NCBI GenBank assembly: GCA_902826635.1 | Contig: CADEFQ010000008.1 | Location: 23,271-87,270 of the forward strand | DNA from: an uncultured Pseudomonadota bacterium | GTDB taxonomy: Bacteria > Pseudomonadota > Gammaproteobacteria > Steroidobacterales > Steroidobacteraceae | DNA length: 64,000 nt | Reading direction: 5' to 3' | Part shown: positions 28,672-38,607 of the stretch, piece by piece | How the letters are laid out: the number at the start of each line of letters is the position of its first letter | Numbering within the stretch: position 1 is the first letter of the stretch | Translations under genes and position numbers: made by a program | Notes under the pieces: generated by a model | What the model saw: the letters and a program-made list of their open reading frames with translations, nothing else | Told to the model about the DNA's origin: nothing | Databases searched by the model: none

Positions 28672-29511
28672 ATGCCGAGCAAGGTGCCTGCGGGTGAGAC
28701 GCGCGGCTGGATCGTTCCGATCGGTGGCGCGGAAAACAAGGAAAACGATCGGCGTATCCTCGCGCGTTTCGTCGAGGTCTCGGGGGGCAGCGAGGCCGAT
28801 ATCGTCGTCATTCCGACCGCGAGCCGCCTGCACGAGACCGGACCCCGTTACGAGCAGCTGTTTCGCGAACTCGGCGCCGCCCGGGTGTCGGTGATGGATT
28901 TCGACACGCGCCGCGATTGCCACGAAGCCGGCCGGCTGCAGCGGCTCGAAGAGGCAAGCGGTGTGTTTTTCACTGGTGGCAACCAGTTGCGGCTGACCAC
29001 GTTGCTCGGAGGAACGCCGGTTGCGAAAGTGATCCGCGTGCGTAACGCACACGGCGTCACGGTCGGCGGCACGAGCGCGGGGGCCAGCATCCTTTCGGAA
29101 CACATGATCGCGTTCGGTGACGACGGCTCCTCGCCGATCTCGGGCAGCGTGCGGCTGGCACCGGGGCTCGGCCTCACGAACCGGTTCGTCATCGACCAGC
29201 ATTTCCGGCAGCGCGACCGCCTCGGGCGACTGCTCACGGCGCTCGCGTACAACCCGTTCGCGATCGGCATCGGCCTCGATGAAGATACCGCCGCTTTCAT
29301 CGGACCCGACAATTCGCTCGAGGTCGAAGGCAGCGGTGCGCTGACCGTCGTCGATGCGGCCGAAGTCGCCTTCACCTCGATGGATCTTGTCGACGAGGGC
29401 CAGCCGATCTGCATGCTGGGCCTCAGGGTCCACCTGCTCGTCGCCGGGGCGACCTTCAACCTGCACACGCGCATTGCGTCGGCGGGCAACCTGCGGGTGC
29501 CCAGGGAGTAG
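28672..29511 (+). CDS. cphE: Cyanophycinase (peptidase S51)
   Basis: 279 aa: IVPIGGAE, FFTGGNQ, VGGTSAGASI (catalytic Ser), VIDQHF. Located directly upstream of cyanophycin synthetase. Confidence 0.88.
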   Translation: MPSKVPAGETRGWIVPIGGAENKENDRRILARFVEVSGGSEADIVVIPTASRLHETGPRYEQLFRELGAARVSVMDFDTRRDCHEAGRLQRLEEASGVFFTGGNQLRLTTLLGGTPVAKVIRVRNAHGVTVGGTSAGASILSEHMIAFGDDGSSPISGSVRLAPGLGLTNRFVIDQHFRQRDRLGRLLTALAYNPFAIGIGLDEDTAAFIGPDNSLEVEGSGALTVVDAAEVAFTSMDLVDEGQPICMLGLRVHLLVAGATFNLHTRIASAGNLRVPRE

Positions 29512-29515
29512 GGCG

Positions 29516-32308
29516 ATGCGCGTACTCGACCGTTCGGTATACGTCGGTCCTTCGCACTACGCGCGCTTTCCCGTCATTCGCCTCGAACTCGATCTCGGGC
29601 CGCTCGAGGCCTGGCCCACGGGCCGGCTCGGCGCGGGCTTCGTCGATGCGCTTTCCGAAGCGCTGCCGGGCCTCGCCGAGCACGGCTGCTCGTACCGCGA
29701 GCCGGGCGGCTTCTTCCGGCGCATGCGCGAGGGCGAAGGCACCTGGCTCGGGCACGTGCTCGAGCACGTTGCGATCGAGTTGCAGAACGTGGCCGGCGAG
29801 GACGTCACGTTCGGCAAGACACGAAGCATCGATGGCCGGCCCGGCGTGTACTCGGTTGTCTACGAGTTCGCGCAGCGGGATGAGGGTGTTGCGGCCGGCG
29901 AGCTTGGCCTGCGGCTGCTCTCGTCGCTGCTGCCGCCGGACCTGCTCGAGACGGGCGCGGTGCCCGAAGGCTGGATGTGGCCCGCCGCGCGAGACGAATT
30001 CATCCGCTTCGCGCAGCGCCGCGCGCTCGGACCTTCGACGGCCGCTCTCGTGCGGGCTGCCGAGTCGCGGGGCATTCCGTGGCTGAGGCTCAATGACCAG
30101 TCGCTGGTGCAACTGGGCCACGGCAGGTATCAGCAGCGCATCCAGGCGACCGTGACGGGGCGAACGCCGCACATCGCGGTCGAGCTTGCGAGCGACAAGG
30201 AAGAAACCAACCGGATCCTCGCCTCACTCGGCCTGCCCGTACCTCGCCAGGAACTCGTGCAGTCGGCCGAGTACGCGGTGCGCGCCGCGCAGCGCATCGG
30301 CTTTCCGGTCGTCACGAAGCCCTACAACGGCAATCACGGGCGCGGCATTTCGATCCGCCTGACAAACGACAAGGAAGTTGCGGCTGGTTTTGCCGCTGCG
30401 CGCGAGCATGCGCGTTCGGTGATCGTCGAAACGTTCCTCGAGGGCGACGACCACCGCCTGCTCGTCGTGAACGGCGAACTGATCGCGGCCACGCGCCGTA
30501 CGCCGGGCCACGTGGTCGGCGACGGAATCCACACGGTCGCCGGGCTGATCGAGATCGTGAATCAGGACCCGCGTCGCGGCGTCGGGCACGAGAAGGTGCT
30601 GACGCGCATCGAACTCGATGCGCAGGCCGGGCTGATGCTCGATCGCGCAGGGTTGACCGCCGGGTCCGTTCCGCAGGCGGGGCAAGTGGTCTTCCTGCGC
30701 TCGACGGCAAACCTGTCGACCGGCGGCACCGCAACCGACGTCACCGATGTGATTCATCCCGACAACCGCGACATGGCGGTGCGCGCGGTGCGCGCGATCG
30801 GTCTCGACGTGGGCGGGGTCGACTTTCTCTCCACGAACATCGCCGAGAGCTACCGCAGCATCGGGGGCGGCATCTGCGAGGTGAATGCGGCGCCCGGCTT
30901 TCGCATGCACGTGGCGCCGAGCGAAGGCACTTCGCGCGATGCCGCGGGACCGGTGATCGACATGCTGTTCCCGTCGGGCGCGCCGTCGCGCGTGCCGATC
31001 GCTGCGATCACGGGGACCAACGGCAAGACCACGACCGCGCGCATGCTCGCGCACATCGCGAAGATGGCGGGTTACACGCCGGGGGTCACGACCACCGACG
31101 GTGTCTATATCGACGGGCAGCGCACCGTGCAGGGCGACATGACCGGCCCCGTGTCGGCGCGCATGGTGCTCGCCGATCCACAAATCGATATTGCGGTGCT
31201 CGAGACGGCACGCGGCGGCCTGGTGCGCGCGGGCATGGGCGTGTCGGAAGTCAACGTCGGCGCCGTGCTCAACGTGCAGTCGGACCACCTGGGCCTGAAG
31301 GGCATCGATACGCTCGAGCAGCTCGCGGAGGTCAAGCGGGTAGTGGTGGAGATCGCGACCGACTGCGCGGTGCTCAACGCCGACGATCCGCTCGCACTCA
31401 AGATGTCGGGCTACACCGATGCCGCGAACATCTGTTACGTGACGATGACGCCGCAGCACCATCTCGTGCGCGAGCACGTGCGCGCCGGCGGTCGGGCCTG
31501 TGCGCTCGAAGCCGGTGTCAACGGCCAGATGATCACGCTGTACGACAAGGGTGGCCACATCCCGCTCCTGTGGACGCACCTGATCCCTGCGACGCTCGAG
31601 GGGCGTGCCGCGCACAATGTGCAGAACGCGATGTTCGCGGCGGCGATCGCGTTCTCCCTCGGCATCAAGCTCGATGCGATTCGCCAGGGACTGCGGACCT
31701 TCGACACGACCTTCTTCCAGGCGCCGGGTCGGATGAATGTTTTCAGCGAACATCCGTTCAAGGTGTTGTTCGACTACGGCCACAACGCGCACGCCGTCGG
31801 CGTCATGGCCGATCTCGCGCAGCGGCTCGACGTCAAGGGACGGCGCATCGTCGTGATGGCGGGCCCGGGCGATCGGCGCGATGAGGACCTCAAGGCCATC
31901 GCGAAGGCCGTCGCCGGCCGCTTCGAACATTACATCTGCCGGCGGGACGACCAGTTGCGCGATCGCGCACCCGACGAAGTGCCGCGCATCCTCTCGCAGG
32001 CCCTGCGCGAAGCCGGTGTGTCGCAGGCGCAGATCGAGATCATTCCGGACGAGCGCGAAGCGATCGATGCGGCTCTCCGCATGGGCGAGGCCGGTGACCT
32101 GTTGCTCGTGTTCGCCGACAACCTGACGAGGTCCTGGAAACAGATCACCAAATTCCGGCCGGCGGGCGCCGCTGAAGCGCCCACCGTGGCGGTTGCGCCG
32201 TCGGCGCCCGTGACGGCTGAACGCGTGACGGACGCGCCGGCGTTGTCACTCGAGGGCCTGGTCCGTGACGAGCGGGGCATACGCTACGCGCCGGAGGGAG
32301 AGGACTGA
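29516..32308 (+). CDS. cphA: Cyanophycin synthetase (N domain + ATP-grasp G domain + Mur-ligase-like M domain)
   Basis: MRVLDRSVYVGPSHYARFPVIRLELDLG.... ATP-grasp block (VVTKPYNGNHGRGI, ICEVNAAPGF). Mur-ligase block (ITGTNGKTTTARM, NVQSDHLG). Trimmed from ORF 29354..32308. Confidence 0.9.
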   Translation: MRVLDRSVYVGPSHYARFPVIRLELDLGPLEAWPTGRLGAGFVDALSEALPGLAEHGCSYREPGGFFRRMREGEGTWLGHVLEHVAIELQNVAGEDVTFGKTRSIDGRPGVYSVVYEFAQRDEGVAAGELGLRLLSSLLPPDLLETGAVPEGWMWPAARDEFIRFAQRRALGPSTAALVRAAESRGIPWLRLNDQSLVQLGHGRYQQRIQATVTGRTPHIAVELASDKEETNRILASLGLPVPRQELVQSAEYAVRAAQRIGFPVVTKPYNGNHGRGISIRLTNDKEVAAGFAAAREHARSVIVETFLEGDDHRLLVVNGELIAATRRTPGHVVGDGIHTVAGLIEIVNQDPRRGVGHEKVLTRIELDAQAGLMLDRAGLTAGSVPQAGQVVFLRSTANLSTGGTATDVTDVIHPDNRDMAVRAVRAIGLDVGGVDFLSTNIAESYRSIGGGICEVNAAPGFRMHVAPSEGTSRDAAGPVIDMLFPSGAPSRVPIAAITGTNGKTTTARMLAHIAKMAGYTPGVTTTDGVYIDGQRTVQGDMTGPVSARMVLADPQIDIAVLETARGGLVRAGMGVSEVNVGAVLNVQSDHLGLKGIDTLEQLAEVKRVVVEIATDCAVLNADDPLALKMSGYTDAANICYVTMTPQHHLVREHVRAGGRACALEAGVNGQMITLYDKGGHIPLLWTHLIPATLEGRAAHNVQNAMFAAAIAFSLGIKLDAIRQGLRTFDTTFFQAPGRMNVFSEHPFKVLFDYGHNAHAVGVMADLAQRLDVKGRRIVVMAGPGDRRDEDLKAIAKAVAGRFEHYICRRDDQLRDRAPDEVPRILSQALREAGVSQAQIEIIPDEREAIDAALRMGEAGDLLLVFADNLTRSWKQITKFRPAGAAEAPTVAVAPSAPVTAERVTDAPALSLEGLVRDERGIRYAPEGED

Positions 32309-32385
32309 TCGAAGCGGTCACCCTGCCGTTCGAGCATTCGCGGCGACTCACGGGCAGCAACCGCTATTTCGATGTACCGGGCGCA

Positions 32386-34152
32386 GTGCTCGAGGTCGTG
32401 GGCGTCGATTGTGACGACACGCTGGTCGCCGATTGGCGGGCGCGGGCGCTGCGCGCATTTGGGCACCTCGGTTGGGTGGCGACATTGCCGCCGCGGTTCA
32501 GCGGGCGCCGGGCCGTCGGGTCGATCGCCACGCATCGGCATCGCGCCGGTGTCTCGCTCGCCGTCGCCGCGCCGGTCGATCAACTCTACACCGCGACCGA
32601 ACTCAACGAATGGGCGCTCGCCGCGTCACTGCGCGCGCGGGATCCGGCCCGCTGGGCCACTCTCGAAGCGATGATGGTGCAGGCAGCCCTCGAGGCGGTG
32701 CCCGCGCCGGCGCTGCCCCCGGTGCTCGACGAGTTTGCGGCGCTCGAACGGCTCGCCCGGCTCGCTGCGCTCGAGGCACGCCCGTTGCTGCGCGCGGCGA
32801 TCGATCGCGCTGCCGGGCTCGGGCTCGGCTGGCTGCTCGACGACGACGACATTTCGTTCGGCGAGGGCGTGGGACACGCGACCTACCCCGTGGGCGGCTT
32901 GCCGCGCATGGAGACCGTGCACTGGGATGCGCTTCGCAACGTGCCGACTGCGCTGGTCACCGGCTCGAACGGCAAGACGACCACGGTGCGACTCCTCGCC
33001 GCGTGCGCCCGGGCGCAGGGCTGGCACACGGGCTACAACTGCACCGATGGCGTGTTCCTCGATGACAGGCAGCTTGCTGCCGGCGATTTCTCGGGGCCGA
33101 TGGGTGCGCGCACCGTTCTGCGGGAACCTCGCGTGCAGGCGGCGATCGTCGAGGCCGCCCGCGGCGGCATCCTGCGGCGCGGGCTCGCGGCGGACCGCGC
33201 CGATGTCGCGGTCGTCACCAACATCAGCGCGGATCATCTCGGCAGCTACGGCATCGATGACCTCGACGGCATGGCGGCAGTGAAACTCGTCGTCGCGAAT
33301 CTCATCAGCCCGCGAGGCCTCGTCGTGCTGAACGCGGATGACGCGACGCTGGTGCGCGCGGCGGCGCGGGTCGAGGCGCCGCTCGGCTGGTTTGCGCTCG
33401 ACGCGGATGCGCCCTTGCTGCGGGAGACCCGTGCGAGCGGCGGGTCGACTTGCGGCGCCCGCGAGGGCCGCCTCACCCTGGCGTACGGTGGGGCGACTCA
33501 CGACCTCGGCGCGATCGACGCAATGCCGCTCACGATCGAAGGCAGCGCCGCCTACAACATCGCGAACCTCGCGGGTGCGGCGCTCGCGGCGATTGCGCTT
33601 GGCATCCCGGCCGCCGTCATCCGGGAAGTGTTTGCGCGCTTTGGCGCGAGCGCTGCGGACAACCCCGGCCGGCTCATTCGCTACGGTGTGGGCGGGCTGC
33701 AAGTCATCGTCGACTATGCGCACAATCCGGAAGGGCTGCGCGGGGTGCTCGCCGTCGCGCAGCAGCTCGCCTCGCACGGCCGTCTCGTGCTGCTGCTGGG
33801 GCAGGCGGGAGATCGGAGCGATGCCGACATTGCGGCGCTGGCCGCGGTCGCCGCTCACGCCCAGCCGGGCCTGATCGTCGTCAAGGAAATGGAAGGATAT
33901 CTTCGTGGCCGCGCGCCCGGCGAGATTCCGGCAATGCTGCGTCACGCGCTGCTGCACCACGGGCTGTCGGCGGAGAAACTACTCGACCGGGGTTCGGAGA
34001 TCGAGGCTGCGCGTGCTGCCCTCGCGGCGGCCCAACCGGGGGACGTGGTGTTGCTCCTCGTGCACGGTCACCTCGCGAGAAGCGATGTCATGGCGATGAT
34101 CGGGCGGATGCGTAGCTCGGGCTGGCGGGCGGGGGAGACGCTGCCCGAATAG
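32386..34152 (+). CDS. Cyanophycin-synthetase-like protein with a Mur-ligase (M) domain but no ATP-grasp domain; true start probably upstream and non-canonical
   Basis: VTGSNGKTTTVRLL, TNISADHLG and DYAHNPEG motifs are collinear with the M domain of the upstream cphA. Only about 190 aa precede the P-loop and no ATP-grasp motifs are present. The frame stays open back to 32305 (LIEAVTLPFEHSRRLTGSNRYFDVPGA) with no ATG/GTG/TTG. Confidence 0.75.
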   Translation: MLEVVGVDCDDTLVADWRARALRAFGHLGWVATLPPRFSGRRAVGSIATHRHRAGVSLAVAAPVDQLYTATELNEWALAASLRARDPARWATLEAMMVQAALEAVPAPALPPVLDEFAALERLARLAALEARPLLRAAIDRAAGLGLGWLLDDDDISFGEGVGHATYPVGGLPRMETVHWDALRNVPTALVTGSNGKTTTVRLLAACARAQGWHTGYNCTDGVFLDDRQLAAGDFSGPMGARTVLREPRVQAAIVEAARGGILRRGLAADRADVAVVTNISADHLGSYGIDDLDGMAAVKLVVANLISPRGLVVLNADDATLVRAAARVEAPLGWFALDADAPLLRETRASGGSTCGAREGRLTLAYGGATHDLGAIDAMPLTIEGSAAYNIANLAGAALAAIALGIPAAVIREVFARFGASAADNPGRLIRYGVGGLQVIVDYAHNPEGLRGVLAVAQQLASHGRLVLLLGQAGDRSDADIAALAAVAAHAQPGLIVVKEMEGYLRGRAPGEIPAMLRHALLHHGLSAEKLLDRGSEIEAARAALAAAQPGDVVLLLVHGHLARSDVMAMIGRMRSSGWRAGETLPE

Positions 34153-34169
34153 TCAGGCAGCGCGGAGCA

Positions 34170-35666
34170 CTACATCGTGGTGATCGATTCCGCGACATCC
34201 GGCGGCGCACCGCGGCTGCGGCGCAAGTGGGAGCGTCGGATTCCATATGCCGCGTAGATCGCGAAGCCGATCGTGAGCCACACCGCGAGCCTGAACCAGG
34301 TATCGACGGGCAGGCTCCACATGAGCCACACACAGGTGATCACACCGAGAATGGCGACCAGCGGACCACAGGGAGCGCGAAAAGCGCGCGGAGCATCCGG
34401 TTGCGTGCGCCGCAGGACGATCAACCCGGCGCAGACGATGGCAAACGCCATGAGCGTGCCGATCGAAACGAGCTCGCCCAGGACATCGATCGGCAGCAAG
34501 GCGGCAACGACCGCCGACCCCATTCCCGCGTACCACGTGCCTCGCGTCGGAACCCGCGATACCGGATGTACGTCGGCGAAGGCCGGCGGGATCAGACCGT
34601 CGCGCGCCATCGAAAAGAACACGCGGGACTGACCATACAGCGTTGTGAGGATGGCCGACGCAAGGCCGAAGATGGCCCCGAGACTCACGATCGGCTTCAG
34701 CCAGGCGAGCGCGCTGCCGGCGCGATCGACTGCAACGAACACCGGATGCGGGACGTTGAGGCTCGCGTAGGGTGCGAGGCCGGTCATCACGAGGCTCATC
34801 GCGACATAGAGCACCGTGCACACAACCAGCGTGATGAGCAAGGCGAGGGGCACCGTGCGTCGCGGGTCTCGCGCCTCCTGGGCGCTGGTCGTCACGGCGT
34901 CGAATCCGATGTAGGCAAAGAATACGATACCGGCGGCGGTTGTGACGCCAGACCAACCGAACTGGCCCGCCACACCGGTACCCGGCGGTACGAAGGGGTG
35001 CCAGTTGGCGGGGTCGACATAGAGCGATCCGAAGGCGATCACCAGTACGATCACGATCAGCTTGACGGCCACCATGAGGTTGTTGAAAAAAGCCGACTCC
35101 CGGATGCCGGTCGCGAGCACGGCGGTGGAAGCGATGACGATGGCCGCAGCCGGGACGTTGCCCAGCGCGGCGCTCGCTGCCCATGTGCCATCGGCTGCGC
35201 GTGCGAGCGGTGGCTGCGTCAGCAGCGACGGGAGGTTGGCGCCTTGCTCGGCCAGGAACGCGGTGAAATAGCCGGACCAACCGACCGCAACCGTGGAGGC
35301 CGCGATCAGGTACTCGAGCACGAGGTTCCACCCGATGACCCAGGCGACGAGCTCGCCCATCGTGGCGTAGGCGTATGTGTAGGCGCTACCGGCCACCGGT
35401 ATCATCGATGCGAGCTCGCCGTAGCACAGCGCCGCGCACAGGCAGGCTGCGGCGGCGAGCACGAACGACAGCGCTACGGCAGGGCCGGCGTAGTTTGCAG
35501 CCGCGGTGCCTGTGAGCACGAAAATACCGGCGCCGATCGTGCAGCCGATGCCGAGCGAGCTGAGATTCCAGACTCCGAGGCTGCGGCGAAGGCCGCGGCG
35601 CTCGTCGGTGTCGTACCCCGCCTCCGCCTGGAGTGAGGCGATCGACTTGCGCGCCCAGATCTGCAT
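34170..35666 (-). CDS. APC-family amino-acid permease (cationic amino-acid-transporter-like)
   Basis: MQIWARKSIASLQ..., LRRSLGVWNLSSLGIGCTIGAGIFVLTG, and a 12+ TM pattern. Trimmed from ORF 34170..35774. Confidence 0.85.
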   Translation of the reverse strand: MQIWARKSIASLQAEAGYDTDERRGLRRSLGVWNLSSLGIGCTIGAGIFVLTGTAAANYAGPAVALSFVLAAAACLCAALCYGELASMIPVAGSAYTYAYATMGELVAWVIGWNLVLEYLIAASTVAVGWSGYFTAFLAEQGANLPSLLTQPPLARAADGTWAASAALGNVPAAAIVIASTAVLATGIRESAFFNNLMVAVKLIVIVLVIAFGSLYVDPANWHPFVPPGTGVAGQFGWSGVTTAAGIVFFAYIGFDAVTTSAQEARDPRRTVPLALLITLVVCTVLYVAMSLVMTGLAPYASLNVPHPVFVAVDRAGSALAWLKPIVSLGAIFGLASAILTTLYGQSRVFFSMARDGLIPPAFADVHPVSRVPTRGTWYAGMGSAVVAALLPIDVLGELVSIGTLMAFAIVCAGLIVLRRTQPDAPRAFRAPCGPLVAILGVITCVWLMWSLPVDTWFRLAVWLTIGFAIYAAYGIRRSHLRRSRGAPPDVAESITTM

Positions 35667-35815
35667 GCGTTTGATTCTGGGGGCCGCCGCTGAGAAAAAT
35701 CGGCGCGTTTCACCCGGATGGCAGCCGTTTCTCGCGTCATCAGGATCGCTTGCGTCGCTTTGCACAGGCATCACCTGCGCATACTTGGTAATCCGCAGCC
35801 GGGGGTAAACCTACC

Positions 35816-37351
35816 GTGACGAGCCTGCAACTTCGATTCGCGACAGCCTGGCTGTCCGTGGCCGCCTTGGTTCCCGGCGTGCAAGCCGTGGCGTCGCCCA
35901 CGAAGGCCGCGGGAGCGTCAACCACGCTGATCGTCAATGCGCTCCTCGTCGACGGGACTGGCGCGGCGCCGCGCAAGGCCGCGGTGCGGATCGGCGCGGA
36001 CCGCATCACCGCAGTGGGCGCGCTCGAGCCGCTGCCGGGGGAAGTCGTGATTGACGCGCACGGGCTCGCGCTCGCGCCCGGCTTCATCGACACGCACAGC
36101 CACCACGCGGGGGGCATCTTCGAGCACCCCGATGCGCTCGCCGCAGTGAGCCAGGGGATCACGACGATCGTCGTCGGCCAGGACGGTTCGCTTGAACAGC
36201 CGCCCGGGTCGTTCCTGGCGCGGCTCGAGCGCGAGCCGGTCGCGGTCAACGTTGCGGCCTACCTGGGGCACGGCACGATCCGCTCGGCCGTGATGGGCAG
36301 TGACTTCCGTCGTGCGGCCACGGCGCGCGAGGTGACGAGGATGCGGGGCATGGTCGCGGACGGCATGCGGGCCGGTGCGCTCGGTCTGTCCACGGGGCTC
36401 GAGTACGACCCGGGCATCTATTCCACCAAGGCGGAAGTCATCGCGCTCGCGGCCGAAGCGGCGCGCTTCGGCGGCCGCTACATCAGTCACATTCGCAGCG
36501 AGGATCGCCGGCTGTGGGAGGCGCTCGAGGAGATCATCGAGATCGGCCGCGTCAATCACATGCCGGTGCAGGTTTCGCACATGAAGCTCGCGATGGTGGA
36601 CTGGTGGGGGCAGGCCGATCGCATGATCGCGATGCTCGATCGCGCCCGCGCGGAGGGGATCGACATCACCGGCGACGTCTATCCTTACGAATACTGGCAT
36701 TCCACGATGACCGTGCTGTTTCCGCAGCGCGATTTCGACAACCGCGCGTCGGCCGAATTCGCCCTGCGCAGCCTTGTGCTGCCGCAGGACCTGATCATCA
36801 GCCGTTTCTCCGCCGATCCCTCCGTCGCCGGAAAGACCCTGCAGGAGATCTCCATCGCGCGCGGCTCGGATCCCGCATCGACCCTGATGCAACTGATCGC
36901 GCAGTCGCAGGCGGCAGGAGGCGATGAGAGCGTGATCGCGAAGAGCATGGACCCGGGAGACGTCGCGAAACTGATTGCATGGCCACATTCGAACATCTGC
37001 ACTGATGGCATGCTCGAGGGCACGCATCCGCGTGGCGCCGGCGCCTTCACTCGCGTACTGCGTTACTACGTGCGTGAGCGTGGCGTACTGACGCTGGCCG
37101 AGGCGATCCGCAAGATGACTGGCGAGTCGGCAGCGCATGTCGGCCTGCGAGACCGCGGCGTCGTTCGGGCCGGAGCCTATGCCGATCTGGTGCTGTTCGA
37201 CCCGGATCGCGTCGCAGATCGCGCCACGCTCGAGAATCCGCGCGCGCTCTCGGTGGGCGTGGAGAAAGTCTGGGTCAACGGTTCCATCGTCTATGCCGAC
37301 GGCGAGGCCACCGGAAGGCATTCGGGGCGCCCGCTTCGGCGCGCGCCCTGA
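35816..37351 (+). CDS. D-aminoacylase-family amidohydrolase (N-acyl-D-amino-acid deacylase-like) with a signal peptide
   Basis: 511 aa: PGFIDTHSHH, GITTIVVGQDG, LSTGLEYDPG, ISHIRSE, VQVSHMK, GDVYPY. The N-terminus looks like a signal sequence. Confidence 0.8.
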   Translation: MTSLQLRFATAWLSVAALVPGVQAVASPTKAAGASTTLIVNALLVDGTGAAPRKAAVRIGADRITAVGALEPLPGEVVIDAHGLALAPGFIDTHSHHAGGIFEHPDALAAVSQGITTIVVGQDGSLEQPPGSFLARLEREPVAVNVAAYLGHGTIRSAVMGSDFRRAATAREVTRMRGMVADGMRAGALGLSTGLEYDPGIYSTKAEVIALAAEAARFGGRYISHIRSEDRRLWEALEEIIEIGRVNHMPVQVSHMKLAMVDWWGQADRMIAMLDRARAEGIDITGDVYPYEYWHSTMTVLFPQRDFDNRASAEFALRSLVLPQDLIISRFSADPSVAGKTLQEISIARGSDPASTLMQLIAQSQAAGGDESVIAKSMDPGDVAKLIAWPHSNICTDGMLEGTHPRGAGAFTRVLRYYVRERGVLTLAEAIRKMTGESAAHVGLRDRGVVRAGAYADLVLFDPDRVADRATLENPRALSVGVEKVWVNGSIVYADGEATGRHSGRPLRRAP

Positions 37352-37367
37352 CAGGGAGATTGCAGAC

Positions 37368-38426
37368 ATGGTCATTCCCGGCAAATACCTGATCTATCTG
37401 GGTGAGGCCGCTACTCGCGTTTCCGCCAAGACGGGTCTCGGCCTCGTCGAGTGGCGTCCGGACCTGTGCGCCGGACAGTGGAGCACCGGCATGCGCAGCG
37501 TCGACCTCGGCGTGCCGGAGATGACGCTCGCCCAAGCCCTTGTGGCCGGAGCCCGCACGATGGTGATCGGCGTCGCGCCGACGGGCGGCGCGATCGCCCT
37601 TGGCTGGGTTGCCGCCATCGTCGCGGCGATTGAAGCCGGGCTCGACGTGGCGAGTGGCATGCACACGCGGCTCGGCAGCATTCGGCAGATCGCGGAAGCG
37701 GCGCGGCGCCACGGGCGCACGCTCTACGACGTACGCTATCCCGCGCGCGAGTTCGAGGTAGGCTCGGGCCGCAAGCGCAGCGGTCGCCGGCTGCTCATGG
37801 TCGGCACGGATTGCGCGGTCGGCAAGAAGTACACCGCGCTCAGCATCGCCCGCGAGATGAATCGCCGCGGCATGAAGGCGACGTTCCGCGCCACCGGGCA
37901 GACCGGCATCCTGATCGCCGGCGAGGGGGTGGCGATCGATGCGGTCGTCGCCGATTTTGTTGCGGGGGCCGCGGAATGGCTGTCTCCCGACAATGCGCCC
38001 GATCATTGGGATGTGATCGAAGGCCAGGGATCGCTGTTCCACCCGGCTTATGCGGGTGTCAGCACCGGACTCCTGCACGGATCACAGCCGGACGGGCTTG
38101 TGATTTGCCATGATGCGATCCGCGAAACCATCGACGATTACCCCGGCTATCCGATTCCGGACCTGCGGGAGTGCCTGGAACTCAATCTGCGAGTGGCCCG
38201 CCTGACCAACCCTGAAGCGCGTTGTGTGGGCCTGAGTGTCAATACCTCCGGCTTGCCGGCGAAACGGCGCGCGGCGTACCTGCAGGATCTCGCCGAGCGC
38301 TTTGCGCTGCCGTGTATCGACCCCATAGCGACCGGCGCGGGCCCGATGGTGGATTTTCTCGGCGAGATCTATCCGCGCAGCGCCGGCGGCATTTCACTTT
38401 CCGCATCACCTGCCGCGACCGGTTGA
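37368..38426 (+). CDS. DUF1611-domain protein (P-loop, acetyltransferase-like; DgcN-type)
   Basis: 352 aa: MVGTDCAVGKKYTAL, TGQTGILI, VIEGQGSL, recalled from the DUF1611 family. Trimmed from ORF 37137..38426 to ATG 37368. Confidence 0.7.
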   Translation: MVIPGKYLIYLGEAATRVSAKTGLGLVEWRPDLCAGQWSTGMRSVDLGVPEMTLAQALVAGARTMVIGVAPTGGAIALGWVAAIVAAIEAGLDVASGMHTRLGSIRQIAEAARRHGRTLYDVRYPAREFEVGSGRKRSGRRLLMVGTDCAVGKKYTALSIAREMNRRGMKATFRATGQTGILIAGEGVAIDAVVADFVAGAAEWLSPDNAPDHWDVIEGQGSLFHPAYAGVSTGLLHGSQPDGLVICHDAIRETIDDYPGYPIPDLRECLELNLRVARLTNPEARCVGLSVNTSGLPAKRRAAYLQDLAERFALPCIDPIATGAGPMVDFLGEIYPRSAGGISLSASPAATG

Positions 38427-38607
38427 CCTGCCGACCGGGTATCGATTGCGGGCGGTTATCCCGTCACAGGGAATTGCTCCGCGGAAGCGCGTACCGTTGG
38501 GGAATTCTCCTGCACGGGGAAGCGTATACAGGATGACAGGCTCCGCGGGCGAGCCGCCGCGGACGGCGGTGTTTGCGAACGTCCGCTCAACAGGTGATCG
38601 CCCGGTA

